Shown: positions 18,313-28,800 of the stretch, one piece after another
Position numbering within the stretch: the stretch's first letter is position 1
Layout: each line of letters opens with the position of its first letter
Source of the DNA: Vulcanimicrobiota bacterium
Lineage (GTDB): Bacteria > Vulcanimicrobiota > Vulcanimicrobiia > Vulcanimicrobiales > Vulcanimicrobiaceae
Reading direction: 5' to 3'
NCBI GenBank assembly: GCA_963695225.1
Contig: OY968762.1
Location: 2,240,001 to 2,304,000 of the forward strand
Length of the DNA stretch: 64,000 nucleotides
Program-made: the position numbers and the translations under genes
The notes under the pieces: model-generated
Seen by the model: only the letters and a program-made list of their open reading frames with translations
Told to the model about the DNA's origin: nothing
Database searches by the model: none

Positions 18313-18780
18313 ATGCACATACACCGCGCGGAACGCATCTGGCTCTGGTTCGGCGGCGCGATGCTCGCCGTGTTTCTGGTGACGATCACGTTCGTCGCCC
18401 TCGTAGAGGGGATGGTCCCTCCGAGCCACATTCAATCGATCGATCCGACGAAGGTCGCCGAAACGCCGCCATTCGACCATCCGGGGTTGCGCAAGCTCCC
18501 CGACGGAACGTACGAGGCGTACTACGTCGCGCGCATCTTCTCGTTCGATCCGCAGAAGCTCGAGATTCCGCGCGGCGCGCACGTCACGTTTTACGTGACC
18601 TCGCCGGACGTCATGCACGGCTTCAGCGTTCCGCTCACCGGCGTGAATACGATGGTGACCCCCGGCTGGGTCAGCACCGTCTCACACACGTTCACTACTG
18701 CGGGAACGTTCTTGCTCGTCTGCAACGAGTATTGCGGCGCCGGCCATCACTTGATGGCGGGCCAGATCGTGGTGCGCTGA
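18313..18780 (+). CDS. cbaB: Cytochrome ba3-type (B-family) oxidase subunit II
   Basis: MHIHRAERIW single-TM N-terminus; CuA ligands DVMHGF and CNEYCGAGHHLM. Confidence 0.92.
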   Translation: MHIHRAERIWLWFGGAMLAVFLVTITFVALVEGMVPPSHIQSIDPTKVAETPPFDHPGLRKLPDGTYEAYYVARIFSFDPQKLEIPRGAHVTFYVTSPDVMHGFSVPLTGVNTMVTPGWVSTVSHTFTTAGTFLLVCNEYCGAGHHLMAGQIVVR

Positions 18781-18781
18781 G

Positions 18782-20443
18782 ATGGCGGTTCTAACGCTGC
18801 GCGGCGGACGGCTCGTCGACGAAGCGGCGGAAGCACACGCCGCCGAGAACCGGCTCGTCCTCGCGCACATCTACACTGCTACGATCGCGCTCGCGGCCGG
18901 CGCGCTTTTCGGGCTCTTGCAGGGGCTGTCCCGGGCGAACTGGATCGTCATCCCGCAGGCGTTCGATTACTATCGCGTATTGACGGTGCACGGCGTCTTG
19001 ATGGCGCTCGTGTTCACGACGTTCTTCATCACGGGCCTCGCGATGTTCGGAACCTACCGCGCGATCGAGCGCGAGCGGACGGTCGTCTTTGCCTGGATGT
19101 CGTACGCAGTCATGCTGATCGGGACGCTCATGGCGGCCTTGGAGATCCTCGCGGGCAACGCCACGGTTCTTTATACGTTCTACGCACCGCTCAAAGCGGA
19201 TCCGCTGTTCTATATCGGCGCGACGCTCTTGGTGCTGGGGACCTGGGGCGTGGCGTTCGAAGTCTTCGAGAACGTCATTTGGTGGCGCAAGCAAAATCCG
19301 GGGAAACCGATCCCGCTCTTCATGCACGGCGTCACTTGCACGTTCGCGATGTGGATCGTCGCGACGCTCGGCATCGTCGCCGAGATGCTGATGCTGATCC
19401 CGTGGTCGCTGGATCTCACGCCCGGCATTAACGTCATGATCACGCGGATGCTGTTCTGGTATTTCGGGCACCCGCTCGTCTACTTCTGGGTGATGGGCGC
19501 GTACTTGATCTGGTACAACTTGATCCCGATCTCGTATCAAGGGAAGAATTTCAGCGACCCGCTCACGCGTCTCGCGTTCCTGATGCTGCTGCTGCTCTCG
19601 ACTCCGGTCGGGCTGCACCACGAGTTTCTCGAGCCGGGCGTCTCGGCGTTCTGGAAATGGGTCCACACGGTGACGACGTACGGCGTCGTGATTCCCTCGT
19701 TCATGACGGCGTTCGCGCTCTTCGCCTCGTTCGAGATCGCCGCGCGCGCGCAAGGGCGGACGGGGTTCTTGCAAACCGTCACGGGCCTGCCCTGGGGTAA
19801 GCCGCAGTTCTCGGGTGCCGCGCTCGGGATGCTTCTGTTCATCCTCGGCGGCGCCGGCGGAATCATCAACTCCTCGTATAGCCTCGACGTCCTCGTGCAC
19901 AACACGATGTGGATCGTCGGGCATTTCCACGTGACGGTCGGCGGGCCGGTCGCCCTGACGTTCATCGCGGCGACGTACCGGCTCGTCCCCACTCTGACCG
20001 GCCGAAAGCTGTGGGCGCCGAAGCTCGCACTCGCTCAGACGTACATCTACTTCATCGGGATGCTCCTGATGTCGATGTCGATGCACGTCGCCGGGCTGCT
20101 GGGGTCGCCGCGCCGGACCGCCGACGTCACCTACTTCGGGGCGGCCGGCGCGCAGTCGTGGCATTTGGAGATGGTGCTCGCGGCGATCGGCGGCGTGATC
20201 TTGTTCATCAGCATCTTGATGTTCGTCGCGGTCGCGCTCGGGACGCGCTTCGTCAATACGCCGGCCGAATCGACGATCGACTTCGCCCCGACCGAGACGA
20301 CCACTCCGCCCTCCCCGCTGCTCGATCGGATCGGCCTCTGGGCCGTGATCGCGCTGGCACTCGCGGTCCTCGCCTACGCGGGGCCGCTCAACGAGGTCCT
20401 CAGCCAGCACGGCTACCTTGCGAAGGGGATGCGAACGTGGTGA
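18782..20443 (+). CDS. cbaA: Cytochrome ba3-type (B-family) heme-copper oxidase subunit I
   Basis: LTVHG, LYTFYAPL, FWYFGHPLVYFW, GLHH, VHNTMWIVGHFH, GSPRRT. Confidence 0.94.
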   Translation: MAVLTLRGGRLVDEAAEAHAAENRLVLAHIYTATIALAAGALFGLLQGLSRANWIVIPQAFDYYRVLTVHGVLMALVFTTFFITGLAMFGTYRAIERERTVVFAWMSYAVMLIGTLMAALEILAGNATVLYTFYAPLKADPLFYIGATLLVLGTWGVAFEVFENVIWWRKQNPGKPIPLFMHGVTCTFAMWIVATLGIVAEMLMLIPWSLDLTPGINVMITRMLFWYFGHPLVYFWVMGAYLIWYNLIPISYQGKNFSDPLTRLAFLMLLLLSTPVGLHHEFLEPGVSAFWKWVHTVTTYGVVIPSFMTAFALFASFEIAARAQGRTGFLQTVTGLPWGKPQFSGAALGMLLFILGGAGGIINSSYSLDVLVHNTMWIVGHFHVTVGGPVALTFIAATYRLVPTLTGRKLWAPKLALAQTYIYFIGMLLMSMSMHVAGLLGSPRRTADVTYFGAAGAQSWHLEMVLAAIGGVILFISILMFVAVALGTRFVNTPAESTIDFAPTETTTPPSPLLDRIGLWAVIALALAVLAYAGPLNEVLSQHGYLAKGMRTW

Positions 20444-20482
20444 GCCCGGGCTGAGGGAGAAAGGTCGCCGGGCGGCGGCGCG

Positions 20483-21457
20483 TCAGCGCCGGATCGCCCG
20501 GCGGCCGGCCGCTCCGAGGACCAGGAACGCGGCGAGCGTCATCACGAGGTAAGGCGTCCGCTCTCCCTTCGCGCCGCAGACCGTGGTGAACGCTTGCGAG
20601 AGTTCCAGCCGGACGGTCGCGAGCGGGGAGCCGGTCCCCTCCGTCATCCCCGCAAGTTCCGCGATGATGTCGTCGGGCGCCCAGCGGTTCCCGTCGAGCA
20701 GGAGCGCGATCCGGCCGTCCCGCCCGACGACGGCGGTTCGCTCGCTGTGCACGATCGTGTTTCCGACGGTCCGTTCCGTCTCTATCCCGAAGCGCTTCGC
20801 GAACGTGAGGACGTCGATCGGGTCTCCGGTTGCGAGCGTCCAGCGGGCGGCGTCGGCCTCGAACGTGCGCGCGTACCGCAGGAGCACCGCGCCGCGGTCG
20901 TATTCGGGATCGAGCGTGACCTCGAGCAGGTGCGCATCGGTGCCTGCGAGGTGCGCTTGCAGCGCGTGGAACTTCGAGGAGATCAAGGGGCACATCCGCG
21001 GATCCCTGCAGCGCGTATAGATGAATGCCAGAACGAGCGGCCGGCCGCGCCAGGCGCCGGTCGCGACTTCGTTGCCGTTCTGATCGACGAAGCGCGCCGC
21101 CGGGAGAAGATCGCCCTGCTTCACCTGCGGGACCCAGGGGACGACGCGCTTGGGAGCCGGCGCCGGGGCGGCGGCGGGCCTGGCCCGCAGGATCGTCCAC
21201 GGGTCCGTCGAGAGATCGACGGCGGCGTCGATCCGGTCGCCGGGATGCAGCTTCGCGAGCGCCGCTCCGGCGAGGCGGAACGACATCGTCATCCCGGGCA
21301 TCCCCGCGAACGGCTCGTGCCGGACCGTCGCCAGGTGCTGCGCGGGATCGATTGCGAGCACCGTCCCGGTCATCTGCGACGTGGGCTCCGCCTTCGCGGC
21401 TCCCGAAACGGCGAGCGTGACGGCGATCAGGAGTGTGAAGATCGTACGAATCGCCAC
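20483..21457 (-). CDS. CusF-like copper-binding domain fused to SCO domain
   Basis: Signal peptide; VRHEPFAGMPGMTMSF (CusF-like); FIYTRCRDPRMCP, TLDPEYD, IVHS (SCO). Confidence 0.85.
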   Translation of the reverse strand: MAIRTIFTLLIAVTLAVSGAAKAEPTSQMTGTVLAIDPAQHLATVRHEPFAGMPGMTMSFRLAGAALAKLHPGDRIDAAVDLSTDPWTILRARPAAAPAPAPKRVVPWVPQVKQGDLLPAARFVDQNGNEVATGAWRGRPLVLAFIYTRCRDPRMCPLISSKFHALQAHLAGTDAHLLEVTLDPEYDRGAVLLRYARTFEADAARWTLATGDPIDVLTFAKRFGIETERTVGNTIVHSERTAVVGRDGRIALLLDGNRWAPDDIIAELAGMTEGTGSPLATVRLELSQAFTTVCGAKGERTPYLVMTLAAFLVLGAAGRRAIRR

Positions 21458-21518
21458 CGTTCTTCGTTCGCACGATTCGCACCGCGCCCCCCTACGATTG
21501 CGGATGGAGGAAGATCCA

Positions 21519-22166
21519 ATGAAGACCGATCTACAACTCCACAAAGACGTCGCCGAGGAACTCGCATTCGACCCGCGCGTCGACGAACGGCAGATCGGGA
21601 TCGCGACGAGCCACGGCATCGTGACGCTGACGGGGAAGTGCCGCAGCTACTATGAGAAGCGCATCGCCGATTCGATCGTGAAAGGCGTCTCCGGGGTCCG
21701 CGGCGTCGTCAACGATGTCGAGGTCGAGCTTCCGGGGGATCACATCCGTAGCGATACCGACATCGCAGAAGCGGCGCTCAGTTCCCTCTCATGGCACGTC
21801 GCCGTTCCGCCAAACCTGCTCGTCGAGGTCGAACACGGCTTCGTGACGCTCTCGGGCACGGTCGAATGGCCGTATCAGCGGGAAGCTGCGGAGGAGGCAG
21901 TGCGCCATCTGACGGGCGTCGTTTCCCTGCGGAACGATATCTCGATCGAATCGCCGGTCGCGACGAACGAGGTCGAGCGGGCGCTCGAACGGCGCCTGGA
22001 ACGGATCGACCCCGACATCTCGGGGCATATCAAGGTTGAAGCCGAGGACGGCAAAGTGACGCTGCGCGGCACGGTGCGCGACGCTCTCGAACTCGAGGAG
22101 GCCTCGCGTGCGGTATGGTCCGTCCCCGGGGTCAAGCTCGTCGAAAACCTGCTAGCGGTCAGGTAG
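21519..22166 (+). CDS. Triple BON-domain protein (OsmY-like)
   Basis: MKTDLQL..., three repeats of GxVTLxG...GV..V.N; GGAGG RBS. Confidence 0.9.
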   Translation: MKTDLQLHKDVAEELAFDPRVDERQIGIATSHGIVTLTGKCRSYYEKRIADSIVKGVSGVRGVVNDVEVELPGDHIRSDTDIAEAALSSLSWHVAVPPNLLVEVEHGFVTLSGTVEWPYQREAAEEAVRHLTGVVSLRNDISIESPVATNEVERALERRLERIDPDISGHIKVEAEDGKVTLRGTVRDALELEEASRAVWSVPGVKLVENLLAVR

Positions 22167-23298
22167 CAACAGGCGCCGCACGCTCGGCGGCGGCCGCCGC
22201 GTGACACGCCATCACCCATTCCTCTTCGGCATGGATGATGAGCGTGCGCGCGGCTGCGTCGCGTCGCCCGATCTCGCCCGCGTTTGCCGCGTTCGCCTGC
22301 CCGTCGAGGACGATGCCGAGGAACTCGAGCGATTCGCAGACGCGTGCCCGAACTTCCGGCGAATGCTCGCCGATCCCACCGGTGAAAGCGAGTACGTCGA
22401 CGCCGCGGATCGAAGGGACGAGACTGCCGACCGCGCGGGAAATGCTGTAGCAGTACGACTCTAGCGCGAGCGTCGCGCGCGCATCTCCGCAACGCATCGC
22501 GCGCACGAGTTCGTCGATCTCGCCCGCCCCGCCGGCGGTCTCGGCTTCGTTGCGGATGCGTGCGAGCGTCTCGAGATCGGCGAGACCGTGGCTCAACGCA
22601 TACAGCATCATCCCCGGATCGATCGCACCGTGTCGAACGATCATCGGCATGCCGTCGAGCGGCGTGAACCCCAGCGTCGCATCGAAGCAGACCGCGTTCG
22701 CGATCGAAGCGAGCGACGTGCCGCCGCCGAGATGCGCGCTGATCATCCGCAGCGCGACCGGGGCGCGGCCGAGCACCTCGGCGGCGCGATGGAGCGCGTA
22801 CTGATGGCTTAAGCCATGATACCCGATGCGGCGCAGGCCGGCGCAGAACCAATCGAACGGCACGCCGTAGATCGCCGCGTAGTCCGGCAGCGTATTTTGA
22901 AAGTAGGAATCGTAGACCGCGAACTGAGCCGCGTCGGGGAGCGCCCGTTCGCTCGCCTGCAATGCCGCCAGCGTGAGCGCCGTGTGGAGCGGCGCGATCT
23001 CCGCTGCCGCTCGAATCGCTTCGCGATGTTCCTCATCGAGCGGCGCGGCGAGATGCAGCGACGGGGGGGAGGCGGCGACGACGCGGTGCGCGACGAGATC
23101 GACCTCATCGCCTTCGAACGAAGCGACGAACGCCGCGAGTTGCTCCAAGCGCGCGGCTTGCGTACCGGCGAGCGACCGATGGGCCGCGCGAATCAAGCCG
23201 GCGGGGCGGCCGAGCGCGCGCTGCCCATTCAGGGCGAACAACTTCGCCTTGAGCGAGTGCGAGCCGGCGTTCAGCGCCAAGATTCTCAGCGGATCCAC
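22159..23298 (-). CDS. Divergent acetate/propionate kinase
   Basis: NAGSHSLK, HRVV, APLH, GYHGLSH, HLGGGTS, GFTPLDG, FTGGIGEHS, EEE. Confidence 0.8.
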   Translation of the reverse strand: MDPLRILALNAGSHSLKAKLFALNGQRALGRPAGLIRAAHRSLAGTQAARLEQLAAFVASFEGDEVDLVAHRVVAASPPSLHLAAPLDEEHREAIRAAAEIAPLHTALTLAALQASERALPDAAQFAVYDSYFQNTLPDYAAIYGVPFDWFCAGLRRIGYHGLSHQYALHRAAEVLGRAPVALRMISAHLGGGTSLASIANAVCFDATLGFTPLDGMPMIVRHGAIDPGMMLYALSHGLADLETLARIRNEAETAGGAGEIDELVRAMRCGDARATLALESYCYSISRAVGSLVPSIRGVDVLAFTGGIGEHSPEVRARVCESLEFLGIVLDGQANAANAGEIGRRDAAARTLIIHAEEEWVMACHAAAAAERAAPVAT

Positions 23299-23320
23299 TC
23301 CTTGCGGAAAGTCCGCAGGC

Positions 23321-23830
23321 CTAGATCAAGTGCTGCGTGGTTTTCTCTAGCTCTTCGATTTCCTCGGTTTTTTCGATCGCGTCGCGGATTCGTGCGAGCA
23401 GATCGCGTGCGGTGGCGATGGCGATCCGGTGCCCGAGGGCGGCGTCGAACGCTTGCCCAGCCGGCCCGAGCGGCGGATCGTACGTTCCTTTCAGCACGAG
23501 CGAGAAGCTCTCGTAATCCTCGTTGTTCTCGACGGAGAGGGTCCCGCTGAAATGTGGAAACACGCCGCCGCCGCTCGGTTCCCAGCGCACGTCGAAACTG
23601 TCGTTGCCGAGGACCCGCGGCAGGTGGCGCAACGTCGCGATCACGTCGTGCTGCAGGATCACGTTCGTGCGCAGGCTCGGCAGCGGAATCGGCGCGCGGA
23701 GCGCGATGCGAATCGGCCTCCCCGACTCCCATGCTCCGTCCCCGGCGCGTTCCCGAAAGAAGCCGTTCAAACGATCGGTCGCGCGACTGACGGGGCACCC
23801 GACGTAGAGCCGTTGGAGCAGGTCGCTCAT
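23321..23830 (-). CDS. Hypothetical protein (possible START/SRPBCC-like fold), paralog of 25407-25856
   Basis: Shares WxPxxGGxxPxFxGxL and LxGxYxPPLGPxGxxFDAxxGHxIAxATAxDLLxxI with 25407-25856. Confidence 0.75.
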   Translation of the reverse strand: MSDLLQRLYVGCPVSRATDRLNGFFRERAGDGAWESGRPIRIALRAPIPLPSLRTNVILQHDVIATLRHLPRVLGNDSFDVRWEPSGGGVFPHFSGTLSVENNEDYESFSLVLKGTYDPPLGPAGQAFDAALGHRIAIATARDLLARIRDAIEKTEEIEELEKTTQHLI

Positions 23831-23893
23831 AGCGCGAAGTCTAGTCGACGGAAGTCGCCCTCTTGCGAAGATGCTGTGAACGTTGCATTTGCC

Positions 23894-24586
23894 TCAGCTT
23901 ATGGTCGCCGTCGCGCCGGGCGGCGTCTCCTCGCGGGCGAGCTTCCCGGGGAGGCGGACCGTGAAGTTCGCTCCCGACCGCCCGTCGCTGCGGATCTCGA
24001 TCGTCCCGCCGTGCTCTTCGGCGAGTTGGCGCGCGATCGAGAGCCCGAGCCCGCTTCCGGCCGTGCCCTCCGCCGCCGTTCCGCGGTAACCGGCCTCGAA
24101 GATGCGCTCTTGCTCGGCCGGTGGGACGCCGGGGCCTTGGTCGGAGACGCTGAAGCGCAACTCTCCCCCGCCGCGGCTGCAATCGACGCTCACGAGCTTT
24201 CCGGGCGGCGTGTAGTGGATCGCGTTGAGCAGCACGTTCTTGACGATCTGCCCTATGCGAACCGGATCGCCCTTGAACTCGCGGCAGGCGTCGTGCGTCG
24301 CGTCGCACCGGCGGCATTCGAGCCGGATGCCCTTTTCTTCGGCGGCGGCCTCGATCGAGGTGAGGTCGTTCCGCAGCAGTTCGCACAGGTCGATCGTGCG
24401 CGGTTCGCTGCGCGCGGCGAGCGTGTCGGTGCCGATCTCGTTCATCAGCACGTCCAGCTCTCGGAGTGCCTGCAGAACGGCTTGGAGGCGCTCCGGGCTC
24501 GGCTCGAGCTTTCCGTCGATGAAGGCTTCGATGTTCGCGACTGCGATTGCGAGATGATTGCGCATCTCGTGGACGAGCGGTCTCAC
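23894..24586 (-). CDS. Minimal histidine kinase with no sensor or TM domain
   Basis: H-box HEMRNHL at residue 6, N-box NVLLNAIHYT, DQGPG, GSGLGL; GTGA overlap with response regulator. Confidence 0.88.
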   Translation of the reverse strand: MRPLVHEMRNHLAIAVANIEAFIDGKLEPSPERLQAVLQALRELDVLMNEIGTDTLAARSEPRTIDLCELLRNDLTSIEAAAEEKGIRLECRRCDATHDACREFKGDPVRIGQIVKNVLLNAIHYTPPGKLVSVDCSRGGGELRFSVSDQGPGVPPAEQERIFEAGYRGTAAEGTAGSGLGLSIARQLAEEHGGTIEIRSDGRSGANFTVRLPGKLAREETPPGATATIS

Positions 24587-25299
24587 GAAGGCTGCACCAT
24601 CTTGTAGCCGACGCCGAAGACGGTCAGGACGTAGCGCGGCTTGCTCGCGTCCGCTTCGATCTTGTGGCGCAGGTTCGCGATGTGCCGGTCGAGCGTTCGG
24701 TCGTAGATATCGTGCACGTCGTTCGCGATCTTGTCGAGGAGCTGATCGCGCGTGAGCGCCTGCCCCAGGTGATCCGCGAGGACGTCGAGGATGCGAAACT
24801 CCGTCGGCGTCAGGTTCACCGGCCTCCCGGAAGCGCGCACCTCGTGCGCGGTGCGGTCGATTTCGAGTTCGCCGACCCGCCGCACGTCGCGCCTGCCGTG
24901 CGCCGGGGCTGCGGCTGCGTGCGTGCGGCGCAAGACGCTCTTCACGCGCGCAACGACCTCGCGCGGGCTGAAGGGCTTGGCGATGTAGTCGTCCGCGCCG
25001 AGCTCGAGCCCCAAGATGCGGTCGATCTCGGCGTCGCGCCTGGTCAGCATGATCACCGGCATATCGGAGTGTTCGCGGACTCGGCGCAGCACTTCGACCC
25101 CCGAGAGCATCGGCAGGTTCAGGTCGAGCAGCATGATATGCGGGTGGTCGGTCAGCGCCGAACGGACCGCGCTGAGGCCGTCCCCGACTTCGGTGACCGT
25201 CATCCCCTCGTCGCCCAGATAGCGGACGAGGATTTCGCGGATCGCCGGCTCGTCGTCGACGACCAGGACGCGGATAGGCGTTTGCGTTTCGTTCATCAC
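24583..25299 (-). CDS. OmpR/PhoB family response regulator
   Basis: VVDDE, LLDLNLP, GADDYIAKPF, LTPTEF, HIANLRHKI, TVFGVGYK. Confidence 0.95.
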   Translation of the reverse strand: MMNETQTPIRVLVVDDEPAIREILVRYLGDEGMTVTEVGDGLSAVRSALTDHPHIMLLDLNLPMLSGVEVLRRVREHSDMPVIMLTRRDAEIDRILGLELGADDYIAKPFSPREVVARVKSVLRRTHAAAAPAHGRRDVRRVGELEIDRTAHEVRASGRPVNLTPTEFRILDVLADHLGQALTRDQLLDKIANDVHDIYDRTLDRHIANLRHKIEADASKPRYVLTVFGVGYKMVQPS

Positions 25300-25406
25300 C
25301 GCTGCGGCCCAGCCGGAAAAATGCCGGGCTATTTTGGCCTTTCGCGATGGCCTGTTAGGCGAGCCTGCCTGGAGGACCCGCGACTCTCCGTGGCTGAATC
25401 GCCTTC

Positions 25407-25856
25407 ATGGCGCAACTTCACGAGTACATTTCCGTCAATTGCCCGTTCGACCGCGTCCCCGGCTACCTGGCCACGTATTTCGCGCAGATGGGCGAAAGCG
25501 GCGACCGGCCGGCCGTGATCGAGCTGCGCGCCCCCGTGGGCGAGGCCCGGCTCGAGCGCGACGTGATCGCGCACTTGAGCCCGAAGCCCGGCTATACCGG
25601 GTACACGCGCATCGGGATCACCTGGGCTCCGAAGGATGGGGGACCGTACCCGACGTTCGAGGGGGTCTTGAGCGCCAGCCAAGAGACCGAGGACGGCTGC
25701 CGGCTCGATTTGGACGGCGAATACACGCCTCCGCTCGGCCCTATCGGGGCGGTGTTCGATGCGGTGGTCGGCCACGGCATCGCCCAGGCTACGGCGAACG
25801 ACCTGCTTCACCACATTCGCACGGTTCTCGAGGAGTCTTACCACTCGGTCGCCTAG
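25407..25856 (+). CDS. Hypothetical protein, paralog of 23321-23830
   Basis: Shared C-terminal motif LDGEYTPPLGPIGAVFDAVVGHGIAQATANDLL. Confidence 0.75.
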   Translation: MAQLHEYISVNCPFDRVPGYLATYFAQMGESGDRPAVIELRAPVGEARLERDVIAHLSPKPGYTGYTRIGITWAPKDGGPYPTFEGVLSASQETEDGCRLDLDGEYTPPLGPIGAVFDAVVGHGIAQATANDLLHHIRTVLEESYHSVA

Positions 25857-25880
25857 CCTCGCCCGGAGTCCCGCCCGCGC

Positions 25881-28800
25881 CTAGGCGCGGGGCGGGAGGC
25901 TCGCCGGGATCGTCAGCCTCGGCCTTCCTTCGAGACCTGGGAGCGGCCGTGAAGCGTTTTCGGAGCGTAGTTGGGCCATGAGTTCCAGCGCCTTTTCCAT
26001 CTGCGGGTCCCGCCCGTCGCGTTCGTCGTGGGGTGCGACGTCGACGTCGTAATCCGGGTCCGTTCCGTAGTTCTCGACCGTCCAGCCCACGTCGACGAAC
26101 CAGAACGAGTACTCCGGTTGAGTTGTGATGGTGCCGTCGACGAGCGCATGGTAGGGATCGATCCCGATTACCCCGCCCCACGTCCGCTTCCCGACGAGCG
26201 GCCCGAGCCCGTAGAGCTTGAAACAGTGGCTGAAGATGTCGCCGTCGCTCCCCGCAAACTGGTTCGTGAGCGCGACGAGCGGTCCGACGGGGGATTCCGG
26301 CGGATACGGCATCGGCGGACCGTATCGCGAGACGTCGTACCCGACGCGCCGCCGCGCGAGCTTCTCGAGCAGGAGCGGCGAGACGTGCCCGCCGCGATTG
26401 TAGCGGACGTCGACGATCAGGCCCTCGCGGTTGAATTCCGACAAGAAGCCGCGGTGGAACTCGGAGAAGCCCCAGGGACCCATGTCCGGGATGTGGACGT
26501 ACCCGACGCGCCCATCGGTGCGGGCGTGGACCTCCTTGCGGTTCTTTTCGACCCAGGCCCGGTACCGTAGCATGCGCTCGTCCCGGAGCGTTCTCACGAC
26601 GACGCGCCGCGCCTCGCCGTTCGGCGGCGTCACGACGGTCAGCGCGACCTCGCGGCCGGCGACGTCGACGAGCGCCGCGTCGGGCGAAAACGCCCGCGTG
26701 AGCAGCCGTCCGTTGATCGCCAGGATCGCGTCCCCCTCGGCGATCAGCGTTCCCGGCTCCGCGAGCGGCGAGTCGCTCTCGCGGTTCCAGGAATCGCCGC
26801 GGCATATCCGCACGATGCGGTACCCCTTCGAGGCCTCGTCGTAGACGAGATCCGCGCCGAGGAATCCCCGGCGATGCGCGGGCGGGACGCGCCGGTCGCC
26901 GCCCATCTCGTAGGCGTGCGACGTGCCGAGCTCGCCGTGCATCTCCCACATCAAGTCCGAGAGCTCGCCGCGAGTTCGGATGCGGGGCAAGAGCCGGGCG
27001 TAGCGGTCCCGTACGAGCTCCCAATCGACGCCCGTCATCGAGGCGTCCCAGAACTGCTCGCGCTGCATCCGCCAGGCCTCGTAGAACATCTGAGCCCACT
27101 CGTCGCGCGGTTCGACCGGCACGTGCGTGCGGGCGAGATCGATCCAGCCGGTGCGGCGCCCCGCTTCGGCGGAAGGCTTGGGCTCCTCGGGGCCCTCCTC
27201 GGGCAAATCCCCTAGCGCGTCGATCACGCGCAGGCGCCCGTGCGAAGCATAGGCGAGCGTGCGGCGATCGTTCGCGAGCCGAATCTCCCCGACGTCGTTT
27301 TGGAGCGGCACGCACCGGAGTTGCTCGAAATCGTACGCGTACAGCGTGCCCGTCTCGTCGTCATCGTCGCTCGAGCCGGCGTCGCCGGGCTCGATCCCCT
27401 TGACGGGGAATTTCGTGAAGAGAACTCGTCCCTTCGCGGCGACCAACTCGGCGTAGTTCCCCTCCTCGACCGGGAAGGCGATGATGCGGCCCTGGATCCC
27501 GTCGAAATCGATCGCGATCCGCTCGGCGCGGCCGCCCTTCTTCTTACCGTCCTCGCCGTCGTCGTCTTTGTGCTCTTTGTGGATCGGCGCCGGCTTCGCG
27601 ACGAATGGGGAGGGAACGTCGCCGCGGAGCGCGATCGCGTACGGCCGGGTCGCCTGCGGGAAGCTGAGATCGAACTGCAGCGCGTCGTAGACCGGATTGA
27701 AATCGCGCGACGAGATGAAATAGAGGTACTTCCCCTCCGGGTCCCAGACGGGGGAGCGGTCTTTGCGCATCTGCGGCGTCGCATCGTGGACGGCGCCGGA
27801 TTTCACCTTCGCGATCCGGACGATCGCGGTGTCGGGGGTGGCGATCCAGGCGTTCTCCGTCGCGCAGGCGTACGCGAGCCAACGCCCGTCCGGCGAGAAC
27901 GCGAGGTCCCGGATGCGCGAGGCCGGACTCTTGTCGAGCGTGCGGACGCGGCGCTCATCGAGGTCGACCAGCAGCAGCTCGTGCCGGTGATTCGCGATCG
28001 CGACGATCTCGGCGGCGGGCGAGGCTGCGAGCTCGGTGACGCGGCCGATATCCTCGCTCGTGATCGCGATCGGGTCTCGTTCGCGGCTCGCGTCGTGGAG
28101 TTCGATCCGCTCCCGGCCGCCGGCATCGCTGACGCACACGAAGCGCTTTCCGTCGGGAAGCCAGGCGACGAGCCGGTAACGGACGCGGCTTCCCTCACCG
28201 TGCAAGATCGCCGCCTCTTCCCACAGCGGCATCGTGATGGGCCGTCCGCGGGCGGCGAGCGCGAGGCACGTTCCGTCGGGGCTCGGCGCGAACTCGTCCA
28301 ACTCGTCCGCGACGTCGAGGAAACGGCGCGAGGTCTGCGTCGAGCCCGACGGCGCTTCGATCGGGACCGTCTCGACCCGGCCCGAACCGGGATCGAGGAC
28401 GCGCACTTCGGCGCCCGCCGCGTAGACGATCGACGTACCGTCCGTGGATGGGAAGCGGACGTAGTACTCGGTCTCGTCGGTGTGACGGCGTAGGCCGCTG
28501 CCGTCGGGGAGGACGGAGTAGAGGTTGCCGACGCCCTCGTGATCGGAGAGGAAGAAGACGCGCTCGCCTACCCACATCGGCCAGACCACGTTCCCGGTGA
28601 GGCTGACCAGGCGCGCGAACGTTCCCGTCCCGCGCGCGTCGATCCAGACGTCTCCGGCGGTCCCGCCCCGATAACGCTTCCAGCGAGCCGGATCGTCATT
28701 GTTAAGGCCGAGCGCGAGGCGCCCGTCGGGGGAGAGGCTCAGCGTCCGCACCTGTCCCAGGCGGAGCGGCGTGGGAGCGCCGCCGGCGGCCGGAATCGAG

